From Erysipelotrichaceae bacterium (lineage in GTDB: Bacteria; Bacillota_I; Bacilli_A; Erysipelotrichales; Erysipelotrichaceae): 32,000 nucleotides of DNA. A program made the position numbers and the translations under genes. The DNA is taken from NCBI GenBank assembly GCA_963676105.1, contig OY781039.1, positions 1,350,001 to 1,382,000 of the forward strand. Reading direction: 5' to 3'. The notes beneath the pieces were generated by a model, which saw nothing but the letters and a program-made list of their open reading frames with translations, searched no databases and was not told the origin of the DNA. Positions 15,522 through 23,371 of the stretch are shown here, piece after piece (the stretch's first letter is position 1; every line of letters begins with the position of its first letter).

Positions 15522-16042
15522 AAGATCTCGCTGAAGTTAGTTTAGAGCTTTTCATTAATGCTTGCGAAGCACAAGCCACTGTCATTGAATTTAGACTTAT
15601 TTTGGATTCTATCAATCAACTATCCATTAAAGATAATGGATGCGGGATGTCAAAGGAAGATCTAAAAGATATTACCTCATGCTTTAAGACTAGTAGAAGT
15701 ACACGAAACTTAGGATTTGGCTGTGCCTTCTTTGCGCAAGCCATACAACAAGCTGATGGCCAGATTGAAATACAATCAGAACTTAATCAAGGCACCATCA
15801 TATATGCATCATGGGATTCAAATCATATCGATGCATTACCACTAGGCAATTTAGGGGAAAGTATTGCGCTAGTACTACAAAGAAATCCAGATTTGGATTT
15901 CAGCTTCACCCTACAGAAAAAATCATCTATCAAAACATTTCGTAGTCGTGAAGTTAAAGAAGCTATTCATCCACTCACAATTGACGAAATTGAAATCATA
16001 AAGTGGATTGAACAACATATTAATTCACTTTTTAACATTTAG
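15518..16042 (+). CDS. second, divergent GHKL/HATPase_c-like ATP-binding protein (module gene 5)
   Basis: 174 aa. ELFINACEA (N-box-like), KDNGCGM (G1), NLGFGCAFF (G2-like), GTII. ATGA overlap with the PHP gene. Confidence 0.6.
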   Translation: MKDLAEVSLELFINACEAQATVIEFRLILDSINQLSIKDNGCGMSKEDLKDITSCFKTSRSTRNLGFGCAFFAQAIQQADGQIEIQSELNQGTIIYASWDSNHIDALPLGNLGESIALVLQRNPDLDFSFTLQKKSSIKTFRSREVKEAIHPLTIDEIEIIKWIEQHINSLFNI

Positions 16043-16057
16043 AAAGGAGTCTCTTAA

Positions 16058-16438
16058 ATGAAAAGTCTAGAAGAATTAAACAAATTACGTGATGAAGCTT
16101 TAAAACGGGTTAACTTAAGGCAAGATTCACAAGATAATTACCGAGTATTAGTCGGTATGGCAACCTGTGGTATAGCTTCAGGTTCACGCCCTGTTTTGAA
16201 AGAGTTTATGAACTGTCTTGAGAAAGATCCTCAGGCTGTAACCGTACAACAAACAGGTTGTATCGGTATGTGTCAGTTTGAACCTATTGTCGAAGTTGTT
16301 GATCAAGAGGGCGAAAAAACAACATACTTTAAAGTTACCCCTGATATGGCAAAAGAAATTTATAGGGAACATATTAAAAATGGTCATGTGATTACAGAGT
16401 ATACTCAAGCACATTATCAAAAAGGAAGTGAGGACTAA
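16058..16438 (+). CDS. thioredoxin-like [2Fe-2S] ferredoxin subunit (HydD-like)
   Basis: 126 aa with RBS AAAGGAG. Cys pattern MATCGIASGS...TGCIGMCQFEP. Confidence 0.8.
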   Translation: MKSLEELNKLRDEALKRVNLRQDSQDNYRVLVGMATCGIASGSRPVLKEFMNCLEKDPQAVTVQQTGCIGMCQFEPIVEVVDQEGEKTTYFKVTPDMAKEIYREHIKNGHVITEYTQAHYQKGSED

Positions 16439-16440
16439 TC

Positions 16441-18237
16441 ATGGAACGGACTCATATTCTTGTATGTGCAGGCACAGGCTGTACTTCTTCTAGTTCACTA
16501 GAGATTGTTAAACGTTTAGAAAAGGGATTAATCAACCGCCATTTAGATGATGAAGTCAAAGTTGTACGAACTGGTTGTTTTGGTTTATGTCAAAAAGGAC
16601 CCATTGTCGCTATTCATCCAGATCGAATCTTTTATAATCATGTATCCGTAAAAGATGTTGATGAAATATTAGATGAACATATTTATAAGGGTCGTCCTGT
16701 TCAACGCTTAATGATTACAGATATTGATGAAGAGACTGAAAATAAAATTTTTGATTTCGACAAGATTCGATTCTACGCAAAACAACATCGTATTGTGCTT
16801 AAAAACTGTGGTGTCATAAATCCTGAAGACATTACCGAATACATTGCGATGGATGGTTATCAAGCCTTAGGTAAAGTATTAACTACGATGAGCCCTCAAG
16901 AAACCATCGATGAAATAAGAGATAGTGGTTTAAGAGGCCGTGGTGGTGGAGGCTTTCCAACCGGTAAGAAATGGCAATTCGCAGCTGATCAAGACAATAA
17001 AGACAAATACGTTATCTGTAATGCAGATGAAGGTGATCCAGGTGCCTTCATGGATCGATCTGTTTTAGAAGGTGATCCACATTGTGTCTTAGAAGCGATG
17101 GCCATAGCTGGGTATGCCATTGGTGCTCATACTGGATATGTGTATATTCGTGCAGAATATCCAATCGCTGTTCAACGATTAAAAATTGCCATTGAGCAAG
17201 CTCATGAGTATGGTTTATTAGGTAAAAATATATTAGGTTCAAAATTTAATTTTGATATCGAAATAAGATTGGGTGCTGGTGCCTTTGTATGTGGTGAAGA
17301 AACTGCTTTAATCGCATCCATTGAATCACGTCGAGGTATGCCATCGGTTAAACCACCATTCCCTGCCGTAAAAGGGGTGTGGGGTAAACCTACCATTATT
17401 AATAATGTCGAAACATTTGCGAATGTTTGTCCGATTATCCGTAATGGTTCAAAGTGGTTCTCAGCGATTGGAACAGAAAAATCTAAAGGTACAAAAGTAT
17501 TCGCCTTGGGTGGAAAGATTAAAAACACAGGCTTAGTTGAAGTGCCTATGGGAACGACCCTCAGAGATGTCATTTATGAAATTGGTGGTGGTATTCCTGA
17601 TAATAAAAACTTTAAAGCCGTTCAAACCGGTGGTCCATCTGGAGGTTGTTTAACTGAAGAACATTTAGATACTCCAATAGATTTTGATAATTTGATTGCC
17701 TTAGGTTCAATGATGGGTTCAGGCGGTATGATCGTCTTAGACGAAGATAATTGTATGGTCGATGTAGCCCGCTTCTATATGGATTTCATTGTTGATGAAT
17801 CCTGTGGAAAATGTACACCTTGTCGTATAGGAACCAAACGGATGTTAGAACTCTTAGAAAGCATTTGTGATGGGACAGGAACCATGGAAACTCTACATGA
17901 ACTAGAAGACCTCGCAGCACATGTCAAAGTCAATTCACTTTGTGGTTTAGGTCAAACCGCACCAAATCCAGTTCTTTCTACATTGAGATTATTTAAAGAT
18001 GAATATCTAGCACACGTGGTGGATAAGACCTGTCCTGCTCATGTTTGTAAGAACTTACTCTCTTATGTGATTAATCCAGATATCTGTCGTAAATGTGGTA
18101 TCTGCGCTAAAGGATGTCCTACTTCAGCCATTACTGGTGTCTTAGGTAAAGAAGCTTACGTCATTGATGAAGAGAAATGTATACGATGTGGCGCATGTAT
18201 TACAGCTTGCCCATTTGAAGTTATAGAAAGGATATAA
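16441..18237 (+). CDS. hydB: NuoF-like FMN/NAD(P)H-binding subunit of [FeFe]-hydrogenase (HydB)
   Basis: 598 aa. N-terminal Trx-like 2Fe-2S (VCAGTGC...GCFGLC), GRGGGGFPTGKKW FMN/NADH site, ESCGKCTPCR 4Fe-4S, and a C-terminal 2x[4Fe-4S] ferredoxin (CRKCGICAKGCP, CIRCGACITACP). Confidence 0.92.
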   Translation: MERTHILVCAGTGCTSSSSLEIVKRLEKGLINRHLDDEVKVVRTGCFGLCQKGPIVAIHPDRIFYNHVSVKDVDEILDEHIYKGRPVQRLMITDIDEETENKIFDFDKIRFYAKQHRIVLKNCGVINPEDITEYIAMDGYQALGKVLTTMSPQETIDEIRDSGLRGRGGGGFPTGKKWQFAADQDNKDKYVICNADEGDPGAFMDRSVLEGDPHCVLEAMAIAGYAIGAHTGYVYIRAEYPIAVQRLKIAIEQAHEYGLLGKNILGSKFNFDIEIRLGAGAFVCGEETALIASIESRRGMPSVKPPFPAVKGVWGKPTIINNVETFANVCPIIRNGSKWFSAIGTEKSKGTKVFALGGKIKNTGLVEVPMGTTLRDVIYEIGGGIPDNKNFKAVQTGGPSGGCLTEEHLDTPIDFDNLIALGSMMGSGGMIVLDEDNCMVDVARFYMDFIVDESCGKCTPCRIGTKRMLELLESICDGTGTMETLHELEDLAAHVKVNSLCGLGQTAPNPVLSTLRLFKDEYLAHVVDKTCPAHVCKNLLSYVINPDICRKCGICAKGCPTSAITGVLGKEAYVIDEEKCIRCGACITACPFEVIERI

Positions 18238-18249
18238 GGAGGAACACTC

Positions 18250-20016
18250 ATGAAAAAAGTAAATATTACAATCAACCATAAAAACTATGAAGTTGATTCA
18301 AATCTAACTGTTCTTGAAGCCGCAAGATCAGTAGGCATTGCGATTCCTACCTTGTGTTTCTTAAAGGATATTAACGAAACAAGTGCTTGTCGTGTCTGTG
18401 TCGTTGAAGTTAAAAACGCACGAAGTTTAGTCACTGCTTGTTCTTACCCGGTTCAAGAAGGTATGGAAGTTTTAACACATTCAGGTAAAGTCATCGATTC
18501 ACGTAAAAAAACAGTTGAACTCATACTTTCCAATCACTCAAAGGACTGTTTAGGTTGTGTTAGAAATCAAAACTGTGAACTCCAAAATATCACTCAAGAT
18601 TTAAACATCCGTGATATTCCTTATCAAAATGGCGCTAAAACAGTTCCTACCTTTGATGAAGTTGCTGATGGGATTGTTCGTGATACCTCTAAATGTATCC
18701 TATGCGGACGTTGTATTGAAATGTGCAAACAAGCTCAGGGTTTAGGGATTTTAAACTTTATTGGTCGCGGTTTTGAGACTAAAGTTGGTCCTGTCTTAGA
18801 CAAAAGTTTTAATGATGTGAATTGCATGCAGTGTGGACAATGTATAACGGTATGTCCTGTTGGAGCGCTCAGCGAAAAAGAGGAAATTCATAATGTCATT
18901 AATGCCTTAAATGATCCAAATAAAACAGTAGTTGTGCAAACAGCACCAGCCATTCGCGCAAGTTTAGGTGAAGAATTTAATATGCCTATCGGTACACGTG
19001 TAACGGGTAAAATGGTTTCTGCACTTAGACGTATTGGCTTTGACAGAGTTTATGATACAAACTATGCCGCTGATTTAACCATTATGGAAGAAGGGACTGA
19101 ATTTATTAATCGATTTAAAGACGGTGGTACACTTCCACTTATTACGTCTTGTTCACCTGGTTGGATTCGCTATATGGAATTTGAGTATCCTGATTTAATT
19201 CCAAATATTTCAACCTGTAAGAGTCCACACATGATGTTTGGCGCAATTCTTAAATCATACTTTGCGCAAACAAAGAATTTAAATCCAGATGATGTTTATG
19301 TAGTATCTATCATGCCTTGTACCGCTAAAAAGGTTGAAAAGAAACGCATGGATGAACACATGGAACGAGTTGATGTTGATGCGGTTCTAACGACCCGTGA
19401 GTTAGGTCGACTTATAAAACTCTACGGCATTGATTTCGTGAATTTACCTGATGAAGAATTTGACCAAGATATGTTTGGTGAATACACGGGTGCCGCTGCC
19501 TTATTTGGCGCATCAGGCGGTGTTATGGAAGCTGCTTTAAGAACCGTCACTGAAATACTCACTGAAAAAGAATTAGACAACGTTGATTTTGATGTAGTCA
19601 GAGGACATGAAGGCATTAAAGAAGCAGCCTTAGATATTAATGGAACTGAAGTACGTGTTGCCGTAGCGCACAGTATGCGTCTAGCTAAACCTCTCTTAGA
19701 TCAAATTAGAGCTGGTACATCCCCTTATGACTTTATTGAAATCATGGGTTGTCCTGGTGGTTGCATTAATGGCGGTGGACAATCGATCGTTAGTGCAAAT
19801 GTACGAAATCGTATTGGAAATGACTTTATGAGATTACGCGCTCAAGCCATGTATGACGAAGACAAATCCAGAACATATCGTAAATCACATGAAAATAAAC
19901 AAGTTCAAGATTTATACAAAAACTTCTTAGACCATCCAGGTTCTCACTTATCTCATAATCTAGTTCATACGCATTACAGCGCAAAAGAGAGATATAAAGT
20001 ATTTAGAAATGATTAA
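18250..20016 (+). CDS. hydA: [FeFe]-hydrogenase catalytic subunit, CpI-like M3 architecture (HydA)
   Basis: 588 aa with RBS AAGGAGG. N-terminal 2Fe-2S, His-ligated 4Fe-4S (HSKDCLGCVRNQNC) and 2x[4Fe-4S] (CILCGRCIEMC, CMQCGQCITVCP). H-cluster motifs are L1 TSCSPGW (non-canonical), L2 MPCTAKK and L3 EIMGCPGGCINGGGQ. Confidence 0.92.
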   Translation: MKKVNITINHKNYEVDSNLTVLEAARSVGIAIPTLCFLKDINETSACRVCVVEVKNARSLVTACSYPVQEGMEVLTHSGKVIDSRKKTVELILSNHSKDCLGCVRNQNCELQNITQDLNIRDIPYQNGAKTVPTFDEVADGIVRDTSKCILCGRCIEMCKQAQGLGILNFIGRGFETKVGPVLDKSFNDVNCMQCGQCITVCPVGALSEKEEIHNVINALNDPNKTVVVQTAPAIRASLGEEFNMPIGTRVTGKMVSALRRIGFDRVYDTNYAADLTIMEEGTEFINRFKDGGTLPLITSCSPGWIRYMEFEYPDLIPNISTCKSPHMMFGAILKSYFAQTKNLNPDDVYVVSIMPCTAKKVEKKRMDEHMERVDVDAVLTTRELGRLIKLYGIDFVNLPDEEFDQDMFGEYTGAAALFGASGGVMEAALRTVTEILTEKELDNVDFDVVRGHEGIKEAALDINGTEVRVAVAHSMRLAKPLLDQIRAGTSPYDFIEIMGCPGGCINGGGQSIVSANVRNRIGNDFMRLRAQAMYDEDKSRTYRKSHENKQVQDLYKNFLDHPGSHLSHNLVHTHYSAKERYKVFRND

Positions 20017-20038
20017 ACGCCTTCGGGCGTTTTTTTTG
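20016..20038 (+). terminator. intrinsic terminator of the hydrogenase operon
   Basis: AACGCC-ttcg-GGCGTT followed by a T7 run, immediately after the hydA stop. Confidence 0.85.
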
Positions 20039-20051
20039 TTATGCTTGTATT

Positions 20052-21092
20052 ATGAACATAAACAAACTACAAAAGGTCATATGTGCCCCAACATTAATTA
20101 CAGATGAAAAGATGATTGATTATTTAATTGGTCAACATTTTCATGTCAGTGAACGTTTCTTAGGCTTACTTATCAGTAATACAGAAGCTAAACTTTTCTT
20201 AAACAATTTATTTCCAACAGACTTAAAGAATTTAGAGATTATACGATTCTCAGATACAGATGATGTTGTTAGCTTACTAAGCCAACATTTAAGTCATAAA
20301 ACACTCTACGTAGATAAACACTTACGAGCAGAATTCCTACTAAAACTCATGCATTCATTACCTCATTTAGACGTACAGATCGATACACAAGCAGATCAAG
20401 TACGTAGTATTAAAGATAAGCTTGAACAAGAAAAGATGCGTAAAGCCTCTAAAATAAATGATTCTGTTATGTCATTAGTTCCTTCATTATTAAAATTGGG
20501 TGTAACTGAGTTGGAAGTTGCTGAAGGTATTACTCAGTTATTTAAAGATTTGGGTGCTGATCAAATTAGTTTTGGATCCATTGTCGCTTTTGGAGATCAT
20601 GGAGCTGACCCACATGCGATGCCAAGCGAAAGAACACTTAAAGAAAATGAATCCATAATAATAGATATGGGTTGTGTAAAAGATGGCTATTGTAGCGATA
20701 TGACACGTACCTTTTTTATCAACAATAATCCATATCAAAATGTATACGATTTAGTTAAAAACGCAAATCTTGCGGCTGAAGCCATGATTAAACCAGGTGT
20801 TAGATTTAGTGATATTGATAAAGCAGCACGAGATGTCATTGAAAAAGCAGGCTATGGTGAGTATTTTATTCATCGTACAGGACATGGAATCGGTAAAGAT
20901 GTTCATGAACCTTATGATGTTTCATCATCCAATGACATGATTGTACAAGAAGGCATGTGTTTCTCAATTGAACCTGGCATCTATTTAGAAGGACAAGTTG
21001 GGGTAAGAATTGAAGACTTAGTTCTTGTCACAAAAGATGGATGCGAAGTATTAAATCAGTATCCAAAAGACAAAGAAGTATTAAAACGATAA
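20052..21092 (+). CDS. M24 family Xaa-Pro peptidase
   Basis: Metal-ligand motifs DMGCVKDGYCSDMTRT, HRTGHGIGKDVHE, SIEPGIY, GVRIEDLV. Confidence 0.85.
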   Translation: MNINKLQKVICAPTLITDEKMIDYLIGQHFHVSERFLGLLISNTEAKLFLNNLFPTDLKNLEIIRFSDTDDVVSLLSQHLSHKTLYVDKHLRAEFLLKLMHSLPHLDVQIDTQADQVRSIKDKLEQEKMRKASKINDSVMSLVPSLLKLGVTELEVAEGITQLFKDLGADQISFGSIVAFGDHGADPHAMPSERTLKENESIIIDMGCVKDGYCSDMTRTFFINNNPYQNVYDLVKNANLAAEAMIKPGVRFSDIDKAARDVIEKAGYGEYFIHRTGHGIGKDVHEPYDVSSSNDMIVQEGMCFSIEPGIYLEGQVGVRIEDLVLVTKDGCEVLNQYPKDKEVLKR

Positions 21093-21118
21093 AAAAGACC
21101 CTCGGGTCTTTTTGTTTT
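21091..21118. terminator. bidirectional intrinsic terminator
   Basis: AAAAAAGACC-ctcg-GGTCTTTTTGTTTT, with an A-run and a T-run flanking the stem. Confidence 0.8.
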
Positions 21119-21178
21119 AGGGGGGTTGGTACTGTTTGGGTGGGGGAAGTCAGTACCAACACAGGTAACTACCTGCCC
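21091..21178 (-). ncRNA. candidate C-rich small RNA (independent or 3'UTR-derived), about 88 nt
   Basis: On the minus strand: a perfect TATAAT at 21188-21183, then hairpin CAGGU-aguu-ACCUG. Next comes hairpin GUUGGUACUG-[ACUUCCCCCACCCAAA]-CAGUACCAAC, an unpaired CCCCC, and the terminator. It forms a GC-rich island in an AT-rich spacer, with no coding potential. Confidence 0.35.
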
Positions 21179-21327
21179 TTTTATTATACACAGTTTATGA
21201 CAAATTTCGGCATAATTCATTGTTATTATCAAAAAAACTTTTAATTCACTATAACGTTTTAGACTAATATACTTAATTATCTACTTTTTAATATAAAAAA
21301 CTAAAATGTTTCGTAATATATCTTTAT

Positions 21328-21789
21328 TTAGATATCTAACTTATACCAGTCGACTTCAGTAAATCCAAATTTTTTATAAACAGGTTGTCCTTCAAGTGAT
21401 GCACCTAGAAAAAGTCGTGTTAAACCTTGTTTCTGTGCTTCTTCTTTTAGGATGCTTAATACTTGAGTTGCATAACCCTTCTTACGATATTGTGGTTTTG
21501 TATACATATTGGTGATATAACCCATGTAGCCTGTGTTGTTCGAAAATGAAGGTGGATACTCTACCCACATCATAGCCCCTGTAGCACAAACTTCATTATT
21601 TTCTTCCAAGAAGACTTGAATAAAGTGTTGTCGATCAAACATTGTATTTAAATAACGTTTAAGATGAGCAATATATTCATCACTGCTTTTTTCATCACCA
21701 TTAAATTGTGATTCTTCATCAATAAGTTGAAGTGTTCTTAGCTTAACAATTAAATCAATGTCATCTTTAGTCGCAAAACGTATATTCAT
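21328..21789 (-). CDS. GNAT family N-acetyltransferase (copy 2)
   Basis: 153 aa with RBS AAGAGG. Acetyl-CoA motif QYRKKGYATQVL and GFTEVDWY tail. Paralogue of the upstream gene. Confidence 0.8.
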   Translation of the reverse strand: MNIRFATKDDIDLIVKLRTLQLIDEESQFNGDEKSSDEYIAHLKRYLNTMFDRQHFIQVFLEENNEVCATGAMMWVEYPPSFSNNTGYMGYITNMYTKPQYRKKGYATQVLSILKEEAQKQGLTRLFLGASLEGQPVYKKFGFTEVDWYKLDI

Positions 21790-21798
21790 AATGACCTC

Positions 21799-22263
21799 TT
21801 AATACAAATCATATTTATACCAATCAATCTCTTTAAAACCAAAACGTTTATAAACATTACGTCCTGATTCAGTTGAACCTAATATAATACGTTTAATGTT
21901 TAATGAATCAGCTTTTTCTTTAAGTTGGTCTAAAACCTTTGATGCATACCCTTTCTTGCGATGATGGCTTTCAGTATACATATTCGTAATATAACCAACT
22001 TTACCAGAAGGATTGGAAAATGATGGTGGTAACTGCATCCAGATAATAGCCCCTGTCGCAAGCACGAGTTCTTCTTCCATTAGGAAAACCTGAAAAATTC
22101 GATTATTTTCAAATTCAGTCGTCAAAAAGTTTCTTAGATAGTTTTCATATTCAAGCATATCTACATTTGAAATATGATCTTGATTTTCTTGATCATGTAG
22201 TTGTTTTGTGCGGATATCAACAATGGTATCAATATCAGCTAATGTCGCAACTTTTATTTCCAC
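21799..22263 (-). CDS. GNAT family N-acetyltransferase (copy 1)
   Basis: 154 aa with a GTG start 3 nt after the prfB stop and RBS AGGGG. Motif HHRKKGYASKVL. Confidence 0.8.
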   Translation of the reverse strand: MEIKVATLADIDTIVDIRTKQLHDQENQDHISNVDMLEYENYLRNFLTTEFENNRIFQVFLMEEELVLATGAIIWMQLPPSFSNPSGKVGYITNMYTESHHRKKGYASKVLDQLKEKADSLNIKRIILGSTESGRNVYKRFGFKEIDWYKYDLY

Positions 22264-22266
22264 TTC

Positions 22267-23371
22267 TTACCCCTTTAATTGATACTTTAAATACCCATAG
22301 ATAAATGGATCTAAATCGCCATCCATGACTTTATCAACATTACCTTCTTCAACAGCTGTTCTGTGATCTTTAACCAAGGTATATGGCATAAAGGTATAGG
22401 AGCGTATTTGTGAGCCCCATTCGATGGATTTTTGTTCACCACGAATACCTGCGAGTTTGGCTTCTTGTTTTTCAATTTCCATTTGATAAAGCTTACTCTT
22501 GAGTAAGTTCATCGCATTCTCACGGTTATTGAGTTGTGATCGTTCAGTTTGACAGTTCACCACAATACCTGTTGGTTTATGCGTTAAACGTACTGCCGAA
22601 GATACTTTATTAACGTTTTGTCCTCCTGCCCCGGACGAGTGTCGAGTTTCTAGTTCGATGTCATTTGGATCAATATTAATCTCAATATCATCACTAAATT
22701 CAGGCATAACATCTAAACTACAGAAAGATGTATGTCTTCTGCCAGATGAATCAAAAGGTGAAATACGAACTAAACGATGTACCCCTTTTTCTGCTTTTAA
22801 ATAACCGTAAGCCAATTCACCTTCAACCTTGAACGAAACAGACTTAATCCCTGCTTCATCACCTGGTTGATAATCAAGCACGGATACTTTAAAGCCTTTT
22901 TGATCGGCGTAACGTGTATACATACGATAAAGCATTTCAGCCCAATCTTGTGATTCAGTACCACCAGCTCCTGGGTGTAGTTCTAATATCGCATTATGAC
23001 GATCATAGTCATGAGAGAGTAAGACTTTAATTTCAAAGTCATCAAAAGCACTTAAGGCTTCATTAAGTTCTTCTTCAACCATATCTGACATTTCTTGATC
23101 AAATTCTTCTTTTAATAATTCACAAGCTTCATCTAATGAATCATACTGTTTCACTAAAGCTTGATAGTTATCAGTTAAATCAACTAAACCATTTTTCTCT
23201 GAGATAAGTTTTTGAGAATGAGAACGATCATCCCAAAAACCATCTTCCATCATCAGTTTATCAATTTCTTCAATACGTGTTAGTTTACTAGCGGGGTCAA
23301 AGAGACTCCCCAAGCTGTTTAAGCTTTTCTTTCACCTCAGTGACATTATTTCTCATTTCATAGAGTTCCAT
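22267..23371 (-). CDS. prfB: peptide chain release factor 2, requires programmed +1 frameshift
   Basis: Frame 0 runs from ATG 23371 and encodes [24 protein letters not shown], then TGA at 23299-23297. The +1 frame continues [11 protein letters not shown]... through the SPF (SPFDS) and GGQ ([10 protein letters not shown]) motifs to 22267. The track shows only the downstream frame. Confidence 0.92.
23296..23311 (-). promoter_or_regulatory. RF2 autoregulatory +1 frameshift site
   Basis: On the minus strand: GGGGAG-tct-CTT-TGA-C. This is an SD-like element 3 nt before the CUU UGA C slippery/stop context, the same arrangement as the classical prfB site. Confidence 0.85.

Noticed and set aside
22267-23371. 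The prfB in-frame TGA read as a pseudogene lesion or a selenocysteine codon.
   Set aside because: The context GGGGAG-N3-CTT-TGA-C is the textbook RF2 +1 frameshift signal, and the downstream frame is intact through SPF and GGQ. No SECIS-like element is needed.
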